A stretch of 64,000 nucleotides of DNA. Source: an uncultured delta proteobacterium. GTDB lineage: Bacteria > Myxococcota > Myxococcia > SLRQ01. The notes beneath the pieces were generated by a model. It worked only from the letters and a program-made list of their open reading frames with translations. It ran no database searches and was not told the origin of the DNA. Numbering within the stretch: the first letter of the stretch is position 1; every line of letters begins with the position of its first letter. Shown in pieces: positions 1 to 10,671 of this stretch. The DNA lies in assembly GCA_963727485.1 (NCBI GenBank), contig CAVSGM010000002.1, positions 1,376,001 through 1,440,000 of the forward strand. The letters run 5' to 3'. The position numbers were made by a program, and so were the translations under genes.

Positions 1-532
1 GGTAGGTGAGGTGGACCCGCTTGCGCCGGGCCAGGGCGTCCCGGAGGGTGCCGAAGGCCGCGCCCACCTGCGCCGGGTCCCCGGCGAGGCCCGCGTCGAC
101 CAGGAGGTGGCGGGCGACGGGCGCCTCGGTGGCGCCGGTCTCCTCGGCGGCGAAGCCGATCTTCTCCAGGGCCCGGCCCACCTCGGCGGCCCAGGGGAAG
201 CCCTCCATGGCCCGGGCGGCGGCGCCGGCGACCGAGAGGAGGCCGAGCTCCTCGGGGGTAAGCTCGAGGCGCGGGAGGAAGTAGGCCTCCTGGGGGATGC
301 GGTAGCCGCCCTCCACCGCGTCGGGGCCCGCGTCGGGATCGGGGTCGACGAAGGTGAGCGGCATGCCCAGGTCGAGGAGGTCGGCCTTGTCCCGCTCGAA
401 CTTCCTGGCCGCGGCCTCGGCGCTGATCCCCGCGTAGTCGGGGAAGTGGTCGCGGATGGCGCGGAAGGGCACCGGCCGGTCGGCGTTGACCAGGAGGGTC
501 ACCAGGTCGAGGAGGCGCTCGGCGCGGTCCAT
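1..532 (-). CDS. PafB-like HTH-WYL transcriptional regulator (3' end runs off the window)
   Basis: Not in the ORF track; translated manually from ATG at 532: MDRAERLLDLVTLLVNADRPVPFRAIRDHFPDYAGISAEAAARKFERDKADLLDLGMPL...GGYRIPQEAYFLPRLELTPEE...ALEKI...LRDALARRKRVHLTY. The FERDK..L..LG.P and GYRI...Y.LP.L.LT.EE motifs are typical of the PafB N-terminus, followed by the start of a WYL domain. Confidence 0.85.
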   Translation of the reverse strand, partial: MDRAERLLDLVTLLVNADRPVPFRAIRDHFPDYAGISAEAAARKFERDKADLLDLGMPLTFVDPDPDAGPDAVEGGYRIPQEAYFLPRLELTPEELGLLSVAGAAARAMEGFPWAAEVGRALEKIGFAAEETGATEAPVARHLLVDAGLAGDPAQVGAAFGTLRDALARRKRVHLTY

Positions 533-604
533 GGGCGACCGGTGGTAGCACGGCGGGCCCCGGCCCGCCAAGGGCCCGGCGCGCGCGGCCGGGGCGCCGA
601 GGGG

Positions 605-1459
605 TCAGCGGCCCAGCAGCCCGTCGACGATCTCGGTGCCGGTGAACCGGTGGCCCCGGCGCACCAGCTTCGCGCCGAAGCTGTAGAGGTCGTAGCCGTA
701 GTGCCGGCGCCCGTCGGGGCCCCGGCTCCCCTTCGCGGTCCCCTGGCACCGCAGGCGCACGCCGAGGTGCCGCCGGTCGAGGGGCCCGCCGGCGCCGTGG
801 AGGTGCCCGTGGAGGACGAAGTCGACCCCGAGCTCGGCGCAGGCGGCGAGCAGCGCCTCCCCGCCCTCGAGGCCCTCGGGGACGGTGCGGCCGAGGCGCG
901 CCGAGGGGCCCACCGGGAGCGGGTCCGGGTGGTGGTGGACGGCGACCAGGCGCCGGCCCCGCGCGCCCCGGAGGAGCCGGGCGAGGGCGACGAGGTCCGC
1001 GGGCCGCACCCGGCCGGCGACCCGGTGCTCGGGGGCCGCGGTGCACAGGGCCACCAGGGTCAGGGGGCCCAGGCGCTTTCGCACCGGGTGGCCGAGGCCC
1101 AGGGCGCCGCCGCCGGGCAGGCCCCGGTTCACCTCGGCGAAGGTGTCGAGGAAGGCGTCGAGGGCGCGGCGCCGGCTGGCCGGGGTCGACCGGGCGCCCG
1201 GGTCGCCGGCGAGGTCGTGGTTCCCCGGGAGGACGGTGGCCCGGGCCGGGGACAGGAGCCCGTGGAGGCGCAGGAGCCGGACCACCGTGGCCCGGGCCCT
1301 CGGGTCCGGGCGGTCGACGACGTCGCCGGTGAGGAGGACGTGGTCGGCCCCCCGGGCCACCGCGTCCCCGAGGAGGAAGTCGAGGACGGCCCCGGACCCG
1401 CGCCCGTCGAGGGCGAGGTGGGGATCGGAGAGGTGGGCCAGGCGGTAGATGGCGGCCAT
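605..1459 (-). CDS. Calcineurin-like metallophosphoesterase (Icc/CpdA-like)
   Basis: Motifs HLSDPH, TGDVVD, PGNHD, HHHP and LHGHLH. Confidence 0.85.
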   Translation of the reverse strand: MAAIYRLAHLSDPHLALDGRGSGAVLDFLLGDAVARGADHVLLTGDVVDRPDPRARATVVRLLRLHGLLSPARATVLPGNHDLAGDPGARSTPASRRRALDAFLDTFAEVNRGLPGGGALGLGHPVRKRLGPLTLVALCTAAPEHRVAGRVRPADLVALARLLRGARGRRLVAVHHHPDPLPVGPSARLGRTVPEGLEGGEALLAACAELGVDFVLHGHLHGAGGPLDRRHLGVRLRCQGTAKGSRGPDGRRHYGYDLYSFGAKLVRRGHRFTGTEIVDGLLGR

Positions 1460-1525
1460 GCTAGTCCCCGGGGCGCCCGGGCACACCCGGGGGCCCGGGC
1501 CGCGGGGCGTCCGCCGGGCGGGCGC

Positions 1526-1963
1526 TCAGGCGCCGGAGAGGAACGCGCGCCAGCTCCCGCTCTCGACCCGGCGGCCCCGGGCCTTCACCTCGGCCTCGCC
1601 GGGGCCGGGGCAGGCGTAGATCCAGCACCGGGCCCCGCCGCCGTCGGCGAGGCGCACCGGGGTGGCCACCCGCACGTAGAGGCCGTCGTCGCCGAGGTCC
1701 GGGCCGGCGCCCTCGTACTCGTCGAGGGCGACGAGGGCGGTGGCGGGATCGACGAGGCGGATGATCTCGCCCTGGACCCGGCCGTCCCCGTCCCCGGCGC
1801 TGGCGCCGGCGAGGATGAGCGTCGGGTAGCCCTCGGGGAGGTGGTAGAGCGCGCCGGCGACCGAGCCCTCGCCCACCGCCTCGAAGAAGCGACGGAAGGG
1901 CTGCCGGGCCGCGTTCCCGGTGAGCAGCGAGCCGTAGACGAAGAGGAGATCGAGCGTCTGCAT
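1526..1963 (-). CDS. Gamma-glutamylcyclotransferase (AIG2-like) family protein
   Basis: C-terminal part of ORF 1526..3331: LFVYGSL, GYP, V.GE, LDEYEG, Y.R and SGSW motifs. Confidence 0.85.
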   Translation of the reverse strand: MQTLDLLFVYGSLLTGNAARQPFRRFFEAVGEGSVAGALYHLPEGYPTLILAGASAGDGDGRVQGEIIRLVDPATALVALDEYEGAGPDLGDDGLYVRVATPVRLADGGGARCWIYACPGPGEAEVKARGRRVESGSWRAFLSGA

Positions 1964-2053
1964 GGGGTCCCCCGACCCTCGGGCGCAGGGTCTACCATGG
2001 GCCCGGTGGAGGCGCCTACCACCCGACCATGGGAGAGCGGGTAGGATGGGCCC

Positions 2054-3466
2054 ATGTCCGCGCCCTGGCGCCGCTACCGCCTGGAGACCCTGGGCTGCAA
2101 GGCCAACCACTATGACGGCCTCGAGCTCGAGGCCGCCCTGAAGGCCCGGGGCTTCGTCGCCGCCGGCCACGGGGAGCCGGTGGACCTCTGCGTGGTCCAC
2201 GGGTGCACGGTGACCGCCGCCGCCGACCGCAGCGGCCGGCGCCTGGTGGCGGCCCTGCGCCGGCGCCACCCCCGAGCGCGGGTGGTGGTCGCCGGGTGCC
2301 CGGTGGAGGCGGGGACCGCCGCGGGGTACCGGGCCCACCACCTCCTGGGCCACCGGGGCAAGGCCGAGGCGGCGGCGCACCTGGAGCGTGCCCTCGCCGG
2401 CCCCGCCCCGGCCCCGGACGCCCCCGCCGCGCGCCTCGATCCCCCGGACGCCCCCTGGCCCGAGCCCACCGCGCCGAAGGCCGCCTTGGCCCCGAGCGCC
2501 GGGGCGCCCGGCGCGGGGGACGCAAGAGTCAGCGGAGGTACCCGGGCCCTGCTGCGGGTCCAGGAGGGCTGCGACGCCCACTGCACCTACTGCGTGATCC
2601 CCGCGGCCCGGGGCCCGGGCAGGAGCCTGCGCCCGGGGGCGGCGGTGGCGGCGGTGCGCCGGCTGGTCGCCGCCGGGGCCCGGGAGGTGGTCCTCACCGG
2701 CACCCGCCTCGGCGACTACGGCGTGGACCTCGGCGGCGAGCCCCTCCTGGAGACGCTCATCGACCGGATCCTCACCGCGACCTCGCTCCCCCGGCTGCGC
2801 CTCGGGTCCCTGGATCCCACCGAGGTGACCCCGGGCCTCCTCGACCGCCTCGCCGGCGACCCGAGGCTCTGCCCCCACGTCCACCTCTCGGTGCAGAGCC
2901 CGGACCCGGCGGTGCTCAAGGCCATGGGCCGCCGCTACCGGGACGCCGAGCTCGAGACCTGCCTCGAGGCCCTCGCCGCCCTCGAGGCGCCTTTGGGCGG
3001 GGTCTACGTGGGGGTCGACGTGATCACGGGCTTCCCCGGGGAGACCCCAAGGATCTTCGAGGCGACGGTGGCGCGCCTCGCGGCGCTGCCCTGGACCCGC
3101 CTCCACGTCTTCCCCTTCAGCCCCCGGCCGGGGACCGCCGCCCCCCGCCTCGCCGGGGCCGTGGACGAGGCCACCCGCAGGGCCCGGGCCCGTCGCCTGC
3201 GCGCCCTCTCGCTCGATCGGGTGGCCGCCCGCTACCAGGCGGTCCTCGACCGCTGCCGGTGCACCGGCGAGACCGTCGACGGAGTCCTCCTCGAGGCGGC
3301 GGATCCCCGGCACCCGGGGCGCCTGGGCCACAGCCCCGGCTACCTGCGCTGCCAGGTCCCGGACGCCGGGTCGCTCCCCCGGGGCGCCGTGGTCCGGGTG
3401 CGCCCCCGGGCGGTGGAGGTGGACGCCCGCGCCGGGGACGCGGTGCTGGTGGGCGCCCTCGCCTGA
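2054..3466 (+). CDS. mtaB: Radical SAM methylthiotransferase, MtaB-like (tRNA t6A37)
   Basis: TLGCKAN, CTVT..A and VAGC (UPF0004 domain), QEGCDAHCTYC (CxxxCxxC), DVITGFPGET, LHVFPFSPRPGT. Confidence 0.85.
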   Translation: MSAPWRRYRLETLGCKANHYDGLELEAALKARGFVAAGHGEPVDLCVVHGCTVTAAADRSGRRLVAALRRRHPRARVVVAGCPVEAGTAAGYRAHHLLGHRGKAEAAAHLERALAGPAPAPDAPAARLDPPDAPWPEPTAPKAALAPSAGAPGAGDARVSGGTRALLRVQEGCDAHCTYCVIPAARGPGRSLRPGAAVAAVRRLVAAGAREVVLTGTRLGDYGVDLGGEPLLETLIDRILTATSLPRLRLGSLDPTEVTPGLLDRLAGDPRLCPHVHLSVQSPDPAVLKAMGRRYRDAELETCLEALAALEAPLGGVYVGVDVITGFPGETPRIFEATVARLAALPWTRLHVFPFSPRPGTAAPRLAGAVDEATRRARARRLRALSLDRVAARYQAVLDRCRCTGETVDGVLLEAADPRHPGRLGHSPGYLRCQVPDAGSLPRGAVVRVRPRAVEVDARAGDAVLVGALA

Positions 3467-3469
3467 GCC

Positions 3470-6400
3470 TCAGGCCCGGTCGCCCAAGCCACCGTCGCCG
3501 GCCGACCCGCCCCCGCCGCGCGCCGCCCCCGCCGTCGCTGCCATCGCTGCCGTCGCGATCGCCATCGCCGTCGCCGTCGCCGTGGCAGAGGCGGAGGTAG
3601 CCGCAGCCGAGGGCCTCGCAGGTGGCGCGCGGGTGACCCTCGAAGACCCCCCGGGCCCGGCTCTCGAGGAGCTGGCCACCGAGGCGCGCGACCCGGGCCA
3701 CCACCGCGTCGGGGGAGGCGGGCTGGTCGAGCCACTGGGGTCCGGCGCCGGCGGGGCCCTCGAGGAACTGGATCCCCAGGCGCAGCGGCGGCGCGTCGGC
3801 ACCCGCACCCGCCCGGCCCTCGGCGGCGGCGGCGCCGTAGCACTCGAGCTGGAACCGGTAGGCCTCGGGGCCGTCGCGGCGCGGGCGGGTGAGCTTGTAG
3901 TCGACCACCTCCACCGCGTCGTCGCGCTGGACCAGCAGGTCGATCTGGCCCTTGACGTGGACCACCAGCCCCGCGTCCCCCTCGGCGGCGAGGAGAAACG
4001 GCACCTCCCGGCCCACCGCCCCCGGGGGCAGGGCCCGGAGCCCGGCGCCGTAGCCCGAGGCGAGGAAGCGCTCGGCCGCGTCGACGAGCTCGGACTGCCG
4101 GACGGGGTCGACCCCGGCCACCGGGGCGATGGCCTCGAGGTGGGCGCGGCCCCCGGCGGCGAAGGCGTCGAGGTCGGCGTGCTCGAGGAGGGCGTGGACC
4201 AGGGACCCCCGGCGCCTGGGGTCGCCCACCGGGCCTGGGCGGTCGGCGTCGGCCACCGGGTCCTCGAGGGGGATGCGCGCCCGGGGGTGCTCCTCGAGGC
4301 CGAGGAGGAACGCCGCCCGGTAGCGCCGGGGGCACTCGTCGAAGGTCTGGAGCGCGGTCACCGGGAGGAACACCCGGCGCACCGGGAGCTGGGTGAGCGG
4401 CGCCACCCGGGCCACCGCCGCCGCGGCCTCGGCCGGGGAGTAGAGCGCCACCCGGGCCTTGGGATTGGGGAGGACCGACGGGGCGCGGAGGGTCTCGAAG
4501 GGCCGGCGGGCGACGCCGGCGCCGGCGTCGAGGGCGGCGTCGCAGAGGCGCCGCTCGCAGGTCTTGGGGACGGTCGCCGCCTCGCCGGCGAGGAGGATCC
4601 GCCGCTTGGCCCGGGTCAGCGCCACGTAGAAGAGCCGCGCCCGCTCGGCGGCCTCCCGGTCGTTGGCGCGCTGCTTCGCCTCGTCGAAGCGCCCGGCGGG
4701 GACCAGGGTGCCGTCGGGGCCCGGGGCCTTGAGGCAGGGCCCGAGGTCGGGGTCGAGGCGGAGGGGATCGCCGTGGCCCCGGGGCTTGCGGGCCAGGCCC
4801 CCCAGCGCCACCACCGGGAACTGGAGCCCCTTGGCCTGGTGGACGGTGAGCACCCGCACCGCCTCGCCCCCGGACTCCTCGACCACCGCCGCGGTCTGCT
4901 CCCGGACCTGCCGCGCCCCCTCGACCCGGTCGGCGAGCTCCCGGGCGAAGGCCTGGAGATCCCCACGGCCGGCGGCCTCCCGGGCCCGGGCGAAGGCGAC
5001 GACCTTGTCGACGTTGGCGACCTTCTGGGCCCCGTCGGGGAGGGCCGCCACCAGCGCCCGGTAGCCGGTCTCCCGGAGCAGGGTCTCGAGGGTGCGGGTG
5101 GGGCCGACCCGGTCGCCGTGGCGCGCCAGCACCCGGTGGAGGGCGGCGAAGCGGGCGAGGGCCGCGGCGTCGGCATCGGCGAGGCCCGCGGGCAACGGGA
5201 CCCGGCCCCAGAGCCACCGGTCGTCGAGGCGCCCGCCCCCCGCCTCGGCGAGGACGGCGAGGCCCGGGTCCGAGAGGGCCAGAAGCGGCGAGCGGAGGAC
5301 CGCAGCGAGGGCCACGGGGTTGCCCGGGTCGACCAGGAGGGTCAGGGCCCGGGCGAGGTCGCGGACCTCCTGGGCGTCGTAGAAGCCCCGGCCCTTGACC
5401 ACGTGGAAGGGCAGCCCGGCGCGGGTCAGCTCCTCGGTCCAGGTGGCGAGGTGGGTGAACACCGGGAGGAGGATGGCGACCTCGCCGTAGCCGGTGCCGT
5501 CGCCGCCCTCGCCGTCGCCGCAGAGCTCGGCGATGCGCCGGGCGACCATCCGCGCCTCGCGCACCGCCGGGGGGAGACCCGGGTAGGCGCTGCCGTCGAA
5601 GAGCTCCACCGCCGGTGACCCGGCGCCCGGGGCGACCCCGGCGCCGTCCCGGCGGCCGCCGTGGTCCCCGTCGCCGCCGTGGTCCCCGTCGCGCCGTCGT
5701 CCCCGTCGCCGCCGTCGTCCCCGTCGCCGCCGCCTCCGGCGCCCGGGGCGGGGATGAGATCGTCGTCGTCGTCGTAGCCGGTGGCCGCCTCCCCGTCGCC
5801 TCCGAGGGCCGCCCGGGCGAGGTGGTTCACGGTGGCCAGCACCGCCGGGGTGGACCGGTAGCTGGTGCGCAGGGCGAGGCGCCGCCCCCCGGCGGCCTCG
5901 AGCGCTTCGGTGAGCGCCTCGAAGACGGTGACGTCGGCGCCCCGGAACCCGTAGATGGACTGCTTGCGGTCGCCGACGATGAACAGGCCGCCGGGCTTCA
6001 GGGCCGCCCCCGGCGCCCCGGCCCGGGCGCCGTCGGCGTCGTCGTCCTCGGCGCGCAGGAGGCGGACGATCTGGGCCTGGACCGGGTCGGTGTCCTGGAA
6101 CTCGTCGACCAGGACCACGTCGTAGCGGCCCTGCACCGCCCGGCGCACCGCCGGGTGGTCGGCGAGGAGGTCCCGGGCGCCGATGAGCAGGTCGCGGAAG
6201 TCGAGGGCGTCCCGGGCGGCCTTGGCCTCGGCGTAGTCGGCGTGGGCCCGGGCGACCACCTCGGCGAGGCCCGCGGCGAGGGCCCGCGCCCCGGGGAGGC
6301 TTTCGGCCGCGGTGGCCGCGGCTCCGGCGGCGGCGGCGGCGGCCTTGGCCGCGTCCTTGAGGTCCTTGATGCCGTCCCGGCTCTGGCGCAGGGGGGCCAA

Positions 6401-7313
6401 GGCCCCGGGGACCGCCGCGGCGACGGCGGCGACCGCGCCCAGGTCCCCGGCGGCGCGGGCGTTCCGGAGCGTCGGTCTCGAGGGCCCGGGCGGCGTCGAG
6501 GGCGCCCCGGGTGTTGGGGTTCACCCAGGGGGCGTCGAAGCCGGCGAGGGCCGTGAGGGCCGAGGCGAAGCCGGCGCCGGCGGCCTCGGCCTCGGCGGCG
6601 AGGTGGGCGGCGTAGGCGTCGTCGGTGAGGTGGGAGCCTTCGAGGAGCGCCGCCGGGGCCACCCCCCGCTCCCCGAGCCAGGTGAGGGTCCGGCGGGCCT
6701 GGGCGACGGCGGTCCCGTAGCCGAAGGCCCGGACCAGGGCCTCGACCCCCGGGTGCGCCTCGGCGAGGGCGGCGCGGACCGCCCGGCGGCAGGCGACCTC
6801 GGCGAGGGCGTGGGCCTCGGTCTCGTCGAGGAGGCCGTAGCCCGGGTCGACCCCGGCGGCCACCGGGTGCCGGCGCAAGAGCCCCCCGGCGAAGCCGTGG
6901 AAGGTGGTGATGGTGGCGTCGGTGAGGCGCCGGGCGATCTCGGCCCACCCGTCCGGGGACGGCGGCGACCACCCGGGGCGCTCGGCCTTCATCCGGGCCA
7001 CCTGGGCGGCCAGCCGCGTGGGGAGCAGGCCCTCGGTGTCGCCGGCGGCCAGGCGCCGGACGGCGTCGCGGACGCGCTCGGCCATCTCTCCGGCGGCCTT
7101 CTCGGTGAAGGTGATGGCGAGGATGCGCTCCGGGGGCACCTCGGGGGTCTCGCGGCCGGTGTCGAGGGCCACCGCCCCGGCGAGGCAGCAGGCGTAGAGG
7201 GTGGTGAGGGTCTCGGTCTTGCCGGTGCCGGCGCTCGCCTGGACCACGGTGTTCCGGTCGAAGCGGAAGAGGGCCGCGTCGAGGGCGTCGCCGGTGAGGG
7301 GGGTGCGGCTCAC
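3470..7313 (-). CDS. addA: AddA-like UvrD helicase with C-terminal PD-(D/E)XK nuclease (apparent indels near 6460, 5692 and in the tail near 3500)
   Basis: QASAGTGKT, ITFTEKAA, TTFHGF, then LVDEFQDT, VGDRKQSIYGFRGA and SYRS in a shifted frame (ORF 5426..6400), then TVHQAKGLQF, FYVALTRAK, GQID, VDYK and QL..Y. The GTG start overlaps the addB stop (GTGA). The stop at 3470 is inferred after restoring the tail frame. Confidence 0.85.
5655..5725. repeat. 18-bp tandem repeat (4 units, one of 17 bp) encoding a GDGD(D/H)G linker in addA
   Basis: Units gccgccgt(g/c)gtccccgtc; the third unit lacks one C, exactly where the addA frame changes. Confidence 0.8.
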
Positions 7314-10300
7314 GACCCGCCCTCCTCGTCGGTGCCCGCGGGGACCACCACCCGGCACACGTCGGCGAACTCGCACCAGGTGCAGGCCCCGTCGGTGGGC
7401 CGCGGGCCCAGGTCGCCCCGGCGGGCGGCGGCGAGGAGCGAGGCCACCCGGGCGGCGAGGCCCGGGCGCTCGCCGTTGCCGTCGAGGAGGGCCGGGACGT
7501 CGACGCCGAGGTCCTTCCACTTGCCCCGGGTGCTGGCCAGGGCCTCGGAGACCACCAGGTGGCCAGGCGGGCGATCGCCGAGGGCCACGTAGCCGGCGTC
7601 GAGGTCGGCGCCGGCGAAGCGGGCCCGGGCGGCGGCGAGGTAGGCGGGGAGCTGGAGCTCGGTGTGCCCGAGGACCTCGGGGTAGAGGCGGGGCCGGAGG
7701 CCGGCGGCGCCCCCGGACTTGTAGTCGAGGACCCGCAGCTGGGCCCCCCCGGGCCCGTCGCGGCGGTCGAGGCGGTCGAGGCGTCCCCGGAGGTGGTGGA
7801 CCCGCCCGGGCTCGCCGGGGTCGGGGAGGGCCAGGGCCGGCCACCCGTCGTCGCCGGCGCCGAAGGCGCGCTCGGTGGCCTCGAGGGTCCACCCGGCGTC
7901 GGCCTCGCACTCGGCGTCGACCAGGCGCCCCACCGTCTCCAGGGCGGCGTCGGCCTCGAGGGCGAAGAGGGCCGGGTCGCCGGCGTGGCCGGTCTCGGGC
8001 CAGGTGGCGACCACCCCCCGGGCCGCCGCCTCCGCCGCCTCCCTCGCCGCCTCGCGCCGCGCCGGGGTCAGGGGCAGCAGCCCCGCGCCGTCGAGGGCCA
8101 TCCACGCCCGCTCCAGGCAGGCGTGGAGGAGCTGGCCGCGGCTCATGGGGTCGAGGGTCTCGTCCCGGCGCTCCGGGGCCTCGAGGGCCAGGGCCCGGCC
8201 GGCGAAGGCCTGGAAGCCGCACCGGGCGAGGCGCTCGAGCTGGGTCACCGAGAGGGGCCGGTCGGCGCCGGCGTCGAGGCGGGCGGCCAGGCGCGGGGGC
8301 AGGGGCCCCACCTGACCGGTGTGGGTCCCGGGGGGGCGGTCGGGGTCGAGGAAGAACCCGTGGCGGGCCCGCTCCACGGAGAGCGGCGCCACCAGCCGCC
8401 CGAGGCGCACCCCCCCGGCGGCCAGCGCCGCCTCGACCGAGGCGGGCAGGGGCGCGGGCACCGGGAACGACCCGGGGCGGTCCGGGGGCGCGCCGAAGAT
8501 CCGCCCGGCGAGGGCGACCTCCAGGTCCGCCGGGGTCGCCGCCTGGGGCCGGGTCGGGCCGTCGTCCTTCTCGCCCGGGACCCCGGGGACCGGCGCCAGG
8601 GCCACCTCGGTGCGCGTGAGGCCGAGGCGCGCCTCGACCTCGGCGAGGTAGGGCGAGGCCACGGCCACCCGCCCGGTGTCCGAGGTCCGGGCGAAGGAGA
8701 GGCAGAGGTGCTCGGTGGGCAGGTGGAGGGCGAGGGCGAAGAGGAGCGCCTCCTCGGCCCGGCGGGCCGGGGCGTCGCCCTCGCCCCGGTCGTGGTCGGT
8801 CATCACCGGGAACGCCGGTCGGCCGAGGGCGCGGTTGAGGCGGCGGCGGGTGGCGTCGGGGAGGAGCGGGTCCTCCTCGGCCCGGGCGGGGAAGGCGCCG
8901 TCGGCGAGCCCCATGAGGAAGAGCGCCCGGCACCGCGTCGGGGCCAGGTCCTCGGCGCCCAAGAGGCGCACCGCCCCGCCCCGGAGGGCCGCGGCCCGGA
9001 GGGTGCGGGCGTCGAGGGCGTCGCCGAGCAGCGCCTGGAAGGCGGCGGCCCCGAGCACCCGGTCGGCCTCGCCGAGGCGATCGGCCACCGCCAGGCAGTC
9101 GTCGAGGGCGGCGTCGAGGGCGGCCAGGGCCGCCTCGTCCCGGGCCACCGCCTCGAGGGCGGCGCCGGCCAGCGGCCCGGCCCCCTCGCCGGCGAGGAGC
9201 CGGGCCCCGGTGGCCTGGACCCCGGCCCGCAGCCCCAGGGTGGCCTCGGCGAGGCGGAGGCGGTCGACGTGCTCGGCGACGGTCCCGGCGCGCCCCAGGG
9301 CCGAGAGGGCCGGGAGCACCCGGTCGAGGTGATCGGCGACCTTCAGGCCCTCGGGGTCCGGCGGGGCCCCGGGGCGGCTCGCCGCCGCGGCGGCCTGGCG
9401 CACCGCCCGGACGTAGCCCTCGCCGAGGTCGTCGACGGCCCCGGCCCGGCGCAGCCAGCGGATCACCGCCCGGGCCCCGAGGCCCGCCTCGCCCACCCCC
9501 ACGTAGCGGGAGCCGAAGAGGGCCAGGAGCCCGTCGCGATCGAGGTGCTCGCGGGCGAGGCGCATCAGGTCGAGGAGCAGGCGCACCGGCCCCACCGACT
9601 GCACCGGCCGGCCGCGGCGATCGTCCACCGGGAGGCCCATGTCGGCCAGGGCGTCGACCAGCGCCAGGGCCTCGCCCCCGAGGCGCCGGGCGGCGACCAC
9701 GACGTCCTCGGGGGCCATCCCCGAGGCGACGAGCGCCCGGACCCGGCGGGCCACCTCCCGGGCCTCGGCAGCGGCGTCGGGGGCGGCGACGGTCTCGAGG
9801 CCGGCGAGCCCGGCGGCGCCCCCCGGGGGCGCCTCGGCCTCGGCCCCGGGCGGCGGCGGCGCCGGGAGGAACGCGGCGGCGGCGGCCCCCGGGCCCGGGG
9901 CCCGGCTGCGCCGGTCGGCGGGGAGGTCCTCGGCGAGGTCGACCTGCCCGCCGGCGCCCCCGGCCTCGAAGAGGCGCTTGACCGAGACCAGCCAGGCGAA
10001 CGCCCCGCCCTCGGCCATGATGCCCGGGAGCACCACCCGCACCCCGCCGCCGGTGGCGGCGAGGCGGGAGGCGAGGGCCTCGAGGAGGCGGACGTCGGCG
10101 GCGGTGTAGCGGAAGGTGCCCTCGAGCACCACCAGCACCGGCCCGTCGACCAGGGCCGGGGGCAGGGGGGCGCCGGCGGCCAGGGCGTCGGCGAGGCGGC
10201 CGGGCAGGGAGGCCGCGTCGACCGCCTCGAGGGCGGCCAGCCGCCGCTCCCACCGCTCGAGGAGGTGGCCGAGGCGGGCGCCGTCGGGGCCGGTGGCCAC

Positions 10301-10642
10301 GAGCTGCTCGGGGCGGGCCCCGGCGCCGCGGCAGTCCTGGAGGGCCCGGGCGGCGGCGGCGACCAGCCCCTGGGGGAGCCGGCCCCGGTGGCGCAGGCGC
10401 CCGAGGGCCGGGTCGGCGTCGGCGGCCTCGGCGAGGACCGAGCGCAGCAGGTGCCGCTCGGCCACCGGGGAGAGCGGCGCCACCCCGAGGCGCGCGGCGG
10501 CGAGGAGGTCCTGGTGGAACCTCGCGGCGGCGACGATGTCCCGGCCGTCGAGGACCCGCCCCCCGCGGTCGGCGAGGCGCTCGGCCTGGCGCACCTCCGC
10601 CGAGGCGGTGTCGGGGAGGACCAGGAGTCGGCGCCGTCGCAT
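7310..10642 (-). CDS. addB: AddB-like subunit with PD-(D/E)XK nuclease and 4-Cys Fe-S staple
   Basis: LSVTQLE..ARCGF, RGQLLH, LRGRLDRLD, VLDYKSG, LQL..Y and CTWCEFADVC; directly upstream of addA. Start at ATG 10642 or GTG 10645. Confidence 0.85.
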   Translation of the reverse strand: MRRRRLLVLPDTASAEVRQAERLADRGGRVLDGRDIVAAARFHQDLLAAARLGVAPLSPVAERHLLRSVLAEAADADPALGRLRHRGRLPQGLVAAAARALQDCRGAGARPEQLVATGPDGARLGHLLERWERRLAALEAVDAASLPGRLADALAAGAPLPPALVDGPVLVVLEGTFRYTAADVRLLEALASRLAATGGGVRVVLPGIMAEGGAFAWLVSVKRLFEAGGAGGQVDLAEDLPADRRSRAPGPGAAAAAFLPAPPPPGAEAEAPPGGAAGLAGLETVAAPDAAAEAREVARRVRALVASGMAPEDVVVAARRLGGEALALVDALADMGLPVDDRRGRPVQSVGPVRLLLDLMRLAREHLDRDGLLALFGSRYVGVGEAGLGARAVIRWLRRAGAVDDLGEGYVRAVRQAAAAASRPGAPPDPEGLKVADHLDRVLPALSALGRAGTVAEHVDRLRLAEATLGLRAGVQATGARLLAGEGAGPLAGAALEAVARDEAALAALDAALDDCLAVADRLGEADRVLGAAAFQALLGDALDARTLRAAALRGGAVRLLGAEDLAPTRCRALFLMGLADGAFPARAEEDPLLPDATRRRLNRALGRPAFPVMTDHDRGEGDAPARRAEEALLFALALHLPTEHLCLSFARTSDTGRVAVASPYLAEVEARLGLTRTEVALAPVPGVPGEKDDGPTRPQAATPADLEVALAGRIFGAPPDRPGSFPVPAPLPASVEAALAAGGVRLGRLVAPLSVERARHGFFLDPDRPPGTHTGQVGPLPPRLAARLDAGADRPLSVTQLERLARCGFQAFAGRALALEAPERRDETLDPMSRGQLLHACLERAWMALDGAGLLPLTPARREAAREAAEAAARGVVATWPETGHAGDPALFALEADAALETVGRLVDAECEADAGWTLEATERAFGAGDDGWPALALPDPGEPGRVHHLRGRLDRLDRRDGPGGAQLRVLDYKSGGAAGLRPRLYPEVLGHTELQLPAYLAAARARFAGADLDAGYVALGDRPPGHLVVSEALASTRGKWKDLGVDVPALLDGNGERPGLAARVASLLAAARRGDLGPRPTDGACTWCEFADVCRVVVPAGTDEEGGS

Positions 10643-10649
10643 CACAGGC

Positions 10650-10671
10650 GGTCTACCACGGGCCTCCGACA
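10650..10671 (-). promoter_or_regulatory. Candidate PafBC-dependent (RecA-NDp-like) promoter of addB
   Basis: Minus strand reads TGTCGG-aggcccgtgg(10 nt)-TAGACC-7 nt-ATG; the mycobacterial consensus is TGTCGG-N10-TA-N3-T, so only the last base differs. Confidence 0.5.
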
